Source: a virus
Length of the DNA: 64,000 nt
Reading direction: 5' to 3' (one strand)
IMG/VR virus record: IMGVR_UViG_3300042469_000981
The notes below the pieces were generated by a model. That model worked only from the letters and a program-made list of their open reading frames with translations. It searched no databases and was not told where the DNA came from. Positions 37,493 to 44,974 of this stretch are shown in pieces. Position 1 is the stretch's first letter. Every line of letters begins with the position of its first letter. The translations under genes and the position numbers were made by a program.

Positions 37493-39382
37493 TTATTTAT
37501 TTATAATTATTTTGGAGGTTGAGATTTGTGTATCTGTTTTAACTGATACTAAATAAAATCCGTTAGTTAATGGGGTTAAGTTAACAACATACTTGTATTC
37601 ACCTGAAGGCATTTTGGTATTAACAACTTCCATAACTTGTCTTCCTACCATATCTGTAACAGAAACTTCAGTTTCTGATTCTTGTTCAACACGGAATTGA
37701 ATCATTACCTCACCTTCTGTAGGGTTAGGAAATATAAGAATATCATCAAGTTGAGATAATTTAACAGGTTTATTAATTCTACGGACCTCAATCACTCCCA
37801 TAGCAGGAGTGATATTCATATCACGAGAATCATTACCACCAACAAACTTAGGACCAGTCCATAAAGCAGCAGTTCCCCATTCTGATTGAGGTTTTTTAGC
37901 AATAAATTGTATCACAAATACTTGTTCTCCATCATTAACTAAATTTTTATTAGTCAAATCAGCTGCGCCAAAAGCAACTACTCCATTAGAAGGATTAGTA
38001 TAAGAAGTCCAATTCATCATTTTTTCAGACAAATCTATTTTCTTGAACTCTAATAAAGCAGTATCGTACTTTAACTCTAATTGTAAAGCACCTAATTGTT
38101 TTCCGTTAGTGAGCATTTTAACAGGAACATTAACTAAGTTACCTTCATCAACTTTAACTTTAGGCATATTAACCTCTATAGTTTCTATAACGTCGTCATA
38201 TTGAACGGTGTTGTCAATGATGTAGTTCTTAGCATTAGTTGGGTTAACAATTTTAATAGGCGTTAAACGAGCCATTTTAAATCCTGTATTGTTAGCATCT
38301 CCTTTAACAGCTACATAGTAAGTGATAGAATCACGACCATCAATAGTGTAGTTGAAGTTGTTAATAGTAGAGTAAGTAGAAGTTAAGTTAGTAGCTGATC
38401 CATTAATTGAATTGTACTCGGCAACTGTAAAGAACATTACATCCTTTTTGCCGTTAGGCCAAGCCGAGAATCTACCTGCTAATCTTCCATATACTGAATA
38501 AACATCGGCAATGCTAATTGAACCGTCAGTTCCGTTTACATCCATTGTGTAGTAATCAAATCCTGAAGGAGTGTGTTGAGCTAAGATTGATTGATTAATT
38601 TTCTGTGCATCAGCAGTTGAGATAATACTACCAGGAGTCATTGTATCTCCTTTAACTACCATTCTAACATCCCAATAAGTAGTATCTAAGAATTTTCTAA
38701 ATACTACAACACCACTAGAGTTAGTTGATTTAGCTTCTACTTGAGTCCAAGATCCTGAAGGAGCTTTCTTTTCTAAAGATACCCATAAGTTCTTAGCATC
38801 TGAACCAGTAACGTTTTTAAACTTAGCAGCAAATCGTAACACCTTTTGGTTGAAACGACCACCATAAGAATAAACTACTAATGTAGTATCATTACCCCAA
38901 TTAGTAGCTGCTTTGTTAGCAAATGATTTAACACCAGCAACTTTTAAAGTCTTAATAGAATCCAAAGTGTTCCATGTTGCACTACCAGCATGAGTAAAGG
39001 TAAGATCAAAAGTAGCACCATTTGAATAATTGAATGTAGAACTGGTTCCTGTGTAAACCAAAGTAACAGTCAAAAATCCTTGGGTGTTACTATCTACATA
39101 CTGAAGGTATTGATCAGTAGCAGAGATCTTTAGTGAAGGAACAGCTGCAGTAAAAGCAGTGTTATCATAAAATACCCTGTACTGCATACCTGTAATCTTT
39201 TCAGATGTAGAAGTATTGTAGAAGTGTAAAGGGGCAACAGTCTGTCCAACAGTAGTAGTTGCTACTTGGTAACCAGAATCAATTACCACCCAGTGCCCTG
39301 TTCCAGGTGATGTAGAAGCTGATTGTGCTGATACTCCGAAAACGGCTAAGGCCGTTAATAAGAATAGGATTAGTTTTTTCAT
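37493..39382 (-). CDS. Secreted cohesin/dockerin-like protein with T9SS C-terminal sorting domain
   Basis: Signal peptide; two cohesin-like segments (ITGMQYRVFYD; VNVPVKM..GALQLELKYD); DVNGTDGSISIAD; CTD FPNPT...VTDMVGR...GFYLV...SKIIINK. Confidence 0.8.
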   Translation of the reverse strand: MKKLILFLLTALAVFGVSAQSASTSPGTGHWVVIDSGYQVATTTVGQTVAPLHFYNTSTSEKITGMQYRVFYDNTAFTAAVPSLKISATDQYLQYVDSNTQGFLTVTLVYTGTSSTFNYSNGATFDLTFTHAGSATWNTLDSIKTLKVAGVKSFANKAATNWGNDTTLVVYSYGGRFNQKVLRFAAKFKNVTGSDAKNLWVSLEKKAPSGSWTQVEAKSTNSSGVVVFRKFLDTTYWDVRMVVKGDTMTPGSIISTADAQKINQSILAQHTPSGFDYYTMDVNGTDGSISIADVYSVYGRLAGRFSAWPNGKKDVMFFTVAEYNSINGSATNLTSTYSTINNFNYTIDGRDSITYYVAVKGDANNTGFKMARLTPIKIVNPTNAKNYIIDNTVQYDDVIETIEVNMPKVKVDEGNLVNVPVKMLTNGKQLGALQLELKYDTALLEFKKIDLSEKMMNWTSYTNPSNGVVAFGAADLTNKNLVNDGEQVFVIQFIAKKPQSEWGTAALWTGPKFVGGNDSRDMNITPAMGVIEVRRINKPVKLSQLDDILIFPNPTEGEVMIQFRVEQESETEVSVTDMVGRQVMEVVNTKMPSGEYKYVVNLTPLTNGFYLVSVKTDTQISTSKIIINK

Positions 39383-39837
39383 TTTTGTATATTAGTTAAT
39401 TGAGTTATTGCATGCTGTTTTAACCAAGGTTCAGGATTAGGTAGCTTGTCAATGAAGTCAAGCTCATATCTGTAACACCACACTTCCTCTTGTTCAGGAA
39501 TTATGATGTACCCTTTTTGTAAAACATGCAAATGTAAACTCTCATGAACCAACACTACTGCTAGGTTATTAATTGAGTTTAGTTTTACATCTTTAACAGC
39601 AACTAATATTATTCCTTTTTCACCATATTTTCCTTCATTTGAAGAAAAACCAGAAGACCAAAATTCTACTTTACCACAAACACTATCTAGTAACTGATAT
39701 TTTTTAATATCTGTTTTTTTAATTAATTGTAATGCTGAATCGATTTTTGAATCCCATCCATCACCAGCTTTATCAATTATAATTTGAGAGAATAAAAGAC
39801 TAGGTAATGTTAACAGAATCAATAGTAATGATTTCAC
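39379..39837 (-). CDS. Secreted HEXXH metallopeptidase-like protein
   Basis: Signal peptide; LVHESLH...EEVWCY. Confidence 0.65.
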   Translation of the reverse strand: MKSLLLILLTLPSLLFSQIIIDKAGDGWDSKIDSALQLIKKTDIKKYQLLDSVCGKVEFWSSGFSSNEGKYGEKGIILVAVKDVKLNSINNLAVVLVHESLHLHVLQKGYIIIPEQEEVWCYRYELDFIDKLPNPEPWLKQHAITQLTNIQK

Positions 39838-39871
39838 ATTGATAAATATGAAATCTTTTTAAAAATTTTAG

Positions 39872-39945
39872 TGGACCCTGTAGGGCTTGAACCTACGACC
39901 CCCAGATTATGAGTCTGACGCTCTGACCAACTGAGCTAAGGGTCC
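39872..39945 (-). tRNA. tRNA-Ile2 (CAT, lysidine type), alternatively tRNA-Met
   Basis: GGACCCTTAGCTCAGTTGGTCAGAGC..TCAGA-CTCATAA-TCTGG..GTTCAAG; body resembles bacterial Ile2. Confidence 0.85.
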
Positions 39946-39950
39946 AATAG

Positions 39951-40022
39951 TACTCGGTAGGGGAATCGAACCCCTCTTTCTAGGATGAAAACCTAGCATC
40001 CTAACCGATAGATGAACCGAGC
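39951..40022 (-). tRNA. tRNA-Glu (TTC)
   Basis: CTAGG-TTTTCAT-CCTAG anticodon arm; GGTTCGATTCC. Confidence 0.92.
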
Positions 40023-40060
40023 AAAAAAAAAGGGTTCAATGACGGGTTTAACTTAATGGA

Positions 40061-40360
40061 TTAAAAATAATCCTTTCCTAGAGACTTTCTTAAAAATTCA
40101 ACCTTACGGTTAGTCTCTTCTAATTCTCTTGATATATTATCATATAATTTATCAACACGAGAATCAATTTTGCCATTAATTTTATCTAACTCACGGTAGA
40201 TATTTCCGTTTTCTTCATCTTTAGAACGATAAATATCTTGTATTTCATGTTCTAAATGACTTAATTCATTGACTTTTTTATTTGACTTTAGTACTACATA
40301 AACTAACACAATAGTGCTAACCAACATAATACCCAAACCAAAAGCTAAAATAATTTCCAT
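40061..40360 (-). CDS. Membrane-anchored coiled-coil protein inside the tRNA array
   Basis: N-terminal TM helix, heptad-rich remainder. Confidence 0.7.
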   Translation of the reverse strand: MEIILAFGLGIMLVSTIVLVYVVLKSNKKVNELSHLEHEIQDIYRSKDEENGNIYRELDKINGKIDSRVDKLYDNISRELEETNRKVEFLRKSLGKDYF

Positions 40361-40400
40361 ATTTTTTCCTTTCTTTTTTTATGTCAAAGAACCCTTTTTG

Positions 40401-40471
40401 TTACCCCCCAGAGATTCGAACTCCAATTAACTGGACCAAAACCAGTTGTCCTGCCGTTAGACGAGAGGGTA
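40401..40471 (-). tRNA. tRNA-Gln (TTG)
   Basis: ACTGG-TTTTGGT-CCAGT; GTTCGAATC. Confidence 0.9.
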
Positions 40472-40582
40472 ATTTTGCTAGGTCACCACCACCACCTAGC
40501 ATGAGGAGATTTAACGTGATTTCTTTCTTGCACGAGAAGAACAGGCCTCCTTTGTTCACGAACCCGAATTGGTATTAAGGTG

Positions 40583-40667
40583 CGGAAGATGTAGGATTCG
40601 AACCTACGGTACCTTGCAGTACAACAGTTTTCAAGACTGCCGCGATCGACCACTCTGCCAATCTTCC
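40583..40667 (-). tRNA. tRNA-Ser (TGA)
   Basis: GCAGT-CTTGAAA-ACTGT; long variable arm; G73. Confidence 0.93.
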
Positions 40668-40874
40668 ATTTTGCAACTTTTAGATTACCCCCAGAGTTGC
40701 TAACTGTGCCAACACACGATTTGGAGAGGTTCATACTTTCGTAGAGGACTTACTCTATCTTCGTTCCCTTGTACTTCGGGCTAATATCTTTGTTCCTTAT
40801 TCTATTACCCTTTTATTTCGGAACTAACCTGCTTATCTTTAAATACGAGTTTTTCAAGGGTACAGGTTATTTTG

Positions 40875-40945
40875 TTGCGGACGACAGACTCGAACTGCCA
40901 ATTTAAGGTTATGAGCCTTATGTGTTACCATTACACTAATCCGCC
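40875..40945 (-). tRNA. tRNA-Met (CAT) with G1-A72 mismatch (initiator-like)
   Basis: GGCGGAT...GTCCGCA-A; TAAGG-CTCATAA-CCTTA. Confidence 0.85.
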
Positions 40946-40951
40946 ATTTTG

Positions 40952-41024
40952 AGCCACCTGACGGACTCGAACCGCCGACCATCTGATTACAAATCAGAAG
41001 CTCTACCAACTGAGCTAAGGGGGC
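40952..41024 (-). tRNA. tRNA-Thr (TGT)
   Basis: TCTGA-TTTGTAA-TCAGA; one acceptor-stem mismatch (C4-U69). Confidence 0.9.
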
Positions 41025-41031
41025 TTGAAGA

Positions 41032-41223
41032 TTATTTCTTCAACTCTTGGATTTCTGTATGAAGTGAATCAGCGTGAGCATTAACACTTTCAATAAGAGA
41101 ATCTGTGTTCATAGAATCTGAACAAGTTGAATCAGCACAAACTGAATCTTTAGATGAAGTTGAGGTTTCATTTGAGCAAGAAGCCAAAGTAACCAATGCG
41201 GCGATAAATAATACTTTTTTCAT
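41032..41223 (-). CDS. Small Ser/Asp-rich lipoprotein (63 aa)
   Basis: Start revised to MKKVLFIAALVTLASC (lipobox LASC); the track start lies inside tRNA-Leu. Confidence 0.75.
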   Translation of the reverse strand: MKKVLFIAALVTLASCSNETSTSSKDSVCADSTCSDSMNTDSLIESVNAHADSLHTEIQELKK

Positions 41224-41253
41224 TTTGATATAAATATATAATTTTTTAATTTG

Positions 41254-41339
41254 TACTACTGGCCGGGATCGAACCGGCACGAACATTACTGTTCACGGGA
41301 TTTTAAGTCCCGCGCGTCTACCTATTCCGCCACAGTAGC
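41254..41339 (-). tRNA. tRNA-Leu (TAA)
   Basis: CGGGA-CTTAAAA-TCCCG; long variable arm. Confidence 0.93.
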
Positions 41340-41356
41340 AATTTTTAATTATGTGA

Positions 41357-41387
41357 TAAATATAAGAACTAATTTTTACTAAACCAA
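41357..41387 (-). promoter_or_regulatory. Class I promoter (tRNA array)
   Basis: TTGG-N19-TATATTTA. Confidence 0.8.
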
Positions 41388-41403
41388 GCTTGAATACCTT
41401 CCC

Positions 41404-42213
41404 TTACGCGGGAACGTACTCAAGAGCCAAATCATACAATTTCTCGTTCAATTCTAAGTCCTTATTGAAGTTCTTGATTTTACGAGCTTTACGTGTTTTA
41501 ACACCATACTGATAATTGAACATTCCGTGAACCAATTTTTCTTGAACTACATTGTACACACTCCACAAATCAGAACCGTTGTCTTCTTTACGAGTTGGAG
41601 TCAACAAATCTTTCAAATCGATTTTAATGTTATCCAATTCCTCATCTGTGAAACGAGTGGCGAGAGCCTTTTTAGCAAAATCAAGCATTTGATCTTGACC
41701 CATTTCAATTGAACGGAACTTGTTAAGTGACTCAACTGTCAAAGGCAATTTTTCAACCATTGTCTTGATAGTTTCTTGCAACTCTTCAAATGTGTAACCG
41801 TAGTGACGGATTTTCATGTTTTCAAACTCACGGCTTGAAACAACCAATCCATTTTCACAAACCATACGGAACAAACCAGCTGTGAAAGTAAATGCATTTT
41901 TACCGTCATGTGAATTTGTTAACAAAATTTGTGGAGACACATTATCACCATCTTCTGAAGTGATTTGAATCTCGTTGTTACGGAACACAACTAAGTGTTT
42001 TTGAAAGCCCATTGTATCCGCTTTACGGGCTTTAACCTCTTTAGCATCAACTACTCCCCAACCTAGAAGAGCCATGTCGTCGATGATTTTTTCAGTTGAA
42101 ATGTGAGCGTACTTGTCACTTACATTTGGCGCACCTTTTTCTGTGAAGATTGATTTGGCGCGATTTTTAATCTCTTTCTTGTCGATGAATTGTGAATTTT
42201 GAATGTCTAACAT
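41404..42213 (-). CDS. DUF932-family protein
   Basis: KHLVVFR; ILLTNSHDG; AGLFRMVCENGL; LWSVYNVVQE. Confidence 0.85.
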   Translation of the reverse strand: MLDIQNSQFIDKKEIKNRAKSIFTEKGAPNVSDKYAHISTEKIIDDMALLGWGVVDAKEVKARKADTMGFQKHLVVFRNNEIQITSEDGDNVSPQILLTNSHDGKNAFTFTAGLFRMVCENGLVVSSREFENMKIRHYGYTFEELQETIKTMVEKLPLTVESLNKFRSIEMGQDQMLDFAKKALATRFTDEELDNIKIDLKDLLTPTRKEDNGSDLWSVYNVVQEKLVHGMFNYQYGVKTRKARKIKNFNKDLELNEKLYDLALEYVPA

Positions 42214-42246
42214 AACCTTAATTTTTTATCGTTTTTTATTATGACA

Positions 42247-42277
42247 TAAATATAACATACGGCTCCGGGTGAGCCAA
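42247..42277 (-). promoter_or_regulatory. Class I promoter
   Basis: TTGG-N19-TATATTTA. Confidence 0.85.
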
Positions 42278-42307
42278 ACAAGAGGTTAAGAAAGGTGAAG
42301 AGAGGTT

Positions 42308-42544
42308 TTAAATGTTACCTAAGTACAATATAAAGTCTTCTATAACCGCCTTATCGGCGTTATTAGCCACGTTCCTCATTTCCATCAACATCGTCATAGG
42401 ATCTACTTTAGACTCTAATATAAGGTTTTTGACAGGTTTAAGTACGCTTTCAGCCAACATATGTTGTTCTTGAGAATCATAATCCTCAATATCGTTTAGG
42501 TATAGTTGAATATACTCGTGTAAATTACTTTCCGATAATTTCAT
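42308..42544 (-). CDS. Hypothetical protein
   Basis: 78 aa ORF. Confidence 0.65.
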   Translation of the reverse strand: MKLSESNLHEYIQLYLNDIEDYDSQEQHMLAESVLKPVKNLILESKVDPMTMLMEMRNVANNADKAVIEDFILYLGNI

Positions 42545-43007
42545 AAATTGTTTTCTTTATATGTTGAATAAATTCTTTTATTTTTTGAGCTTGTGAGTTT
42601 AACCAAGACAATCGTTCTCCCATTCTCTTACCTTCCATTGGTTTTTCTATATTTTCTGCTGGAATAAAACTTTCAAGTGGCTTCATATACTCTGAACCTG
42701 TTAAGAAAACAAACTTATCAGATTGAGGATTAACTCCCATTTTACCCATTTGATCTTTAACTGTTGAACCCCATTGATCTTTCTCATCTTTCTTCATAGT
42801 CTTAAGAGTTAAATCATAAGGTTCAATTTGTTTATCCATAGGTAATAAACCATACTTAGCAGATAAGATAAACATTTTATCAGGTTTAAGAGCTTCACCA
42901 TACACCTTTGTTTTTTGGAACATAGGAGAAGGTGAGTACATGTCTTTAGCTGGAGCTGGCTTATCCAACTTAGATTTGGTACAACTCAATAATACAATTT
43001 TAGCCAT
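42525..43007 (-). CDS. DUF6884-like protein
   Basis: IVLLSCTKSK..PAKDMY.S..F; ILSAKYGL; IEPYDLTL. Confidence 0.7.
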   Translation of the reverse strand: MAKIVLLSCTKSKLDKPAPAKDMYSPSPMFQKTKVYGEALKPDKMFILSAKYGLLPMDKQIEPYDLTLKTMKKDEKDQWGSTVKDQMGKMGVNPQSDKFVFLTGSEYMKPLESFIPAENIEKPMEGKRMGERLSWLNSQAQKIKEFIQHIKKTIYEIIGK

Positions 43008-43021
43008 ATATTATAAATATG

Positions 43022-43747
43022 TTAGAAAGGTAATTCAATATCAATATCCTCAAAAACATACTTATCTAGAATGTATTTAGTATAAATTGTTCCATTACTT
43101 TGTTCTGCTGTTATAGATTTATTCTTTGATCGAATACATTTAACAATTTTAAAGTAATTATCCCAATCTATGCTTTGTATGTCTTGAAAATGTTTATATT
43201 GTTTTCCTACTCTAGTATCTGTTCCATACATCATTTTAGCAGCTAAAATAATACTAGGATGAGTGATTTTAATAGTAGTTCCAAAATAATCTAATTCAAA
43301 CCAATCTTTTGCTTTAAGATAATTTTTATTAAAAAAATCTACTTTATAGTATTTTTCCTTAAAATCTTTAAGAGTATCTCCTAATGATGAATACTCTGAT
43401 AATGAGTATTCTTGGTACTTACAATTATGTTCTAATATAATTAAGTCTTTTTTAAGACTTTCAATAGGAGATTTTAGTTTAATTGTATCACCTTCTTCTT
43501 CATAATCATTGCTACTCCTAGTAATACACAAATCAAAAAAATCAAGTAATGTTAAAAATTCTTTTTCATCAAATGGTTCTGTTAAACTAAAATCTAAATC
43601 TGGATCTCGTTTTTCAAAATCATATTCCATCATTTTAAGGATATACAAAGCCAAACTTCCACCTAACACAAACTTATTATGTATAGTCATTAATGGGATT
43701 ATTTTTTCTTCCCATTTTTCAGGTAATCTATTTAGTAAATGTTCCAT
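43022..43747 (-). CDS. Pol-beta-superfamily nucleotidyltransferase-like protein
   Basis: VLGGSLAL...DPDLDF; KVDFF; K...KHFQD. Confidence 0.6.
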   Translation of the reverse strand: MEHLLNRLPEKWEEKIIPLMTIHNKFVLGGSLALYILKMMEYDFEKRDPDLDFSLTEPFDEKEFLTLLDFFDLCITRSSNDYEEEGDTIKLKSPIESLKKDLIILEHNCKYQEYSLSEYSSLGDTLKDFKEKYYKVDFFNKNYLKAKDWFELDYFGTTIKITHPSIILAAKMMYGTDTRVGKQYKHFQDIQSIDWDNYFKIVKCIRSKNKSITAEQSNGTIYTKYILDKYVFEDIDIELPF

Positions 43748-44928
43748 TATCTTACAATTTTTATTTTAGCACCTGGTAAATCATTATTTATATCATGGCC
43801 TGAACTATGAACCCAAAGCATAGGCTTCATAGGTTGAGTTTTAGGAGAGCAACATTCACCATCAGTTAAATAAATCAAATTAGCATATTCATTTCTATGT
43901 TCTGATAGGTATTGCATCACTGGTTCAAAATCAGTACCACCTCTACCTTGTACTTCAATTTCTTCTCTTTGACCTTTATATTCATAAACTCTTTGAACCT
44001 TAGCATCACATTCAATAATATCAACATAAGTACCTGATTTATATATGTGATAAATTTCATTAAAGAATTCTACTAAATCATCATTACTAACAGAACCTGA
44101 AGTATCAATAGCAACCAATGTTCTTTTCTTTTGTTTTATTTTAAGGGCAGGACCCGTATTGAAACGTCTGTTCGGCTTACGACGAGTCTTTTTAGTATAG
44201 ACCATAGTAGACATACTATTAAAACGTCTAAGGTATGACTTCCAATCAATAACAGGTTCAACAATCTCAAATAAAGAATCAATATAATCTTTCATTTCAG
44301 ATGGAACCAAACCTCTACCAGAACCTTTTTTCTCTAAAGTATCAGTTACATCTTTTAGTTGGTGGTCAATTTGTTTAGCAATAAGTTTCTTTTCAGCCTC
44401 ACTTAAACCTTCAACACCATCTAAATCTAAAACAAACTCACTACCTTCACCAGCCATTTTAGCTACATCACCATCAGGATTGTCTTGAATTTCTTGCATC
44501 AACTTACCATAATAATAATCTGTACCTTTTCTAGGTTCTAAATTAAGTGGTTTAAAAGTAGGACCATCAATTTCTAAACCATCCCAAGCCTCACCTTTCA
44601 TGTCAGAGTTAATATATTGGTTGATTTCTAAATCAGCCGCCATATTATACACTTTCTTATTATCAAAACGATCCCAATTAGTTAAATGAAAGAAACAAAT
44701 ATGAAGTAACTCATGTTTAAGTACTCCCAATTTAGTTTTATCATCTAATGTAGCCCAAAAATCTGGATTAACTTTTAGTTTAGTATTAATCTTGTCTGGT
44801 GTAACACAAGCTGTTTGAATATTTTTATCTAACTCTTTATTTAAAGAGATGAGTACTAAACCATAAAATGGTTCTTTAAGCATTAGATGCTTAGAAAATT
44901 TTGCGATTTCTTCGTATGTATTATTCAT
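43747..44928 (-). CDS. DUF2201-type metallopeptidase + vWA protein
   Basis: TACV..; LKHELLH; AADLEIN; MIDAS DTSGS; GRGGTDF; YLTDG. Confidence 0.88.
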   Translation of the reverse strand: MNNTYEEIAKFSKHLMLKEPFYGLVLISLNKELDKNIQTACVTPDKINTKLKVNPDFWATLDDKTKLGVLKHELLHICFFHLTNWDRFDNKKVYNMAADLEINQYINSDMKGEAWDGLEIDGPTFKPLNLEPRKGTDYYYGKLMQEIQDNPDGDVAKMAGEGSEFVLDLDGVEGLSEAEKKLIAKQIDHQLKDVTDTLEKKGSGRGLVPSEMKDYIDSLFEIVEPVIDWKSYLRRFNSMSTMVYTKKTRRKPNRRFNTGPALKIKQKKRTLVAIDTSGSVSNDDLVEFFNEIYHIYKSGTYVDIIECDAKVQRVYEYKGQREEIEVQGRGGTDFEPVMQYLSEHRNEYANLIYLTDGECCSPKTQPMKPMLWVHSSGHDINNDLPGAKIKIVR

Positions 44929-44940
44929 AACCTATTTATA

Positions 44941-44971
44941 TTAATATAACAAAAAATAGCCCGAAGGCCAA
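44941..44971 (-). promoter_or_regulatory. Class I promoter variant with embedded UUCG terminator hairpin
   Basis: TTGG-N19-TATATTAA; TGGCC-TTCG-GGCTA-TTTTTT. Confidence 0.8.
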
Positions 44972-44974
44972 ATC

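Noticed and set aside
40061-40360. i-spanin candidate
   Set aside because: Basic residues follow the TM helix (KSNKK), implying a cytoplasmic coiled coil by the positive-inside rule, and it is far from the lysis genes
40381-40734. ORFs 40381..40578 (+) and 40483..40734 (-)
   Set aside because: They overlap tRNA-Gln and tRNA-Ser, respectively
40670-40870. tmRNA or an extra tRNA in the spacer
   Set aside because: No tRNA-Ala-like acceptor/T-arm ends and no cloverleaf; kept only as a generic structured-RNA candidate
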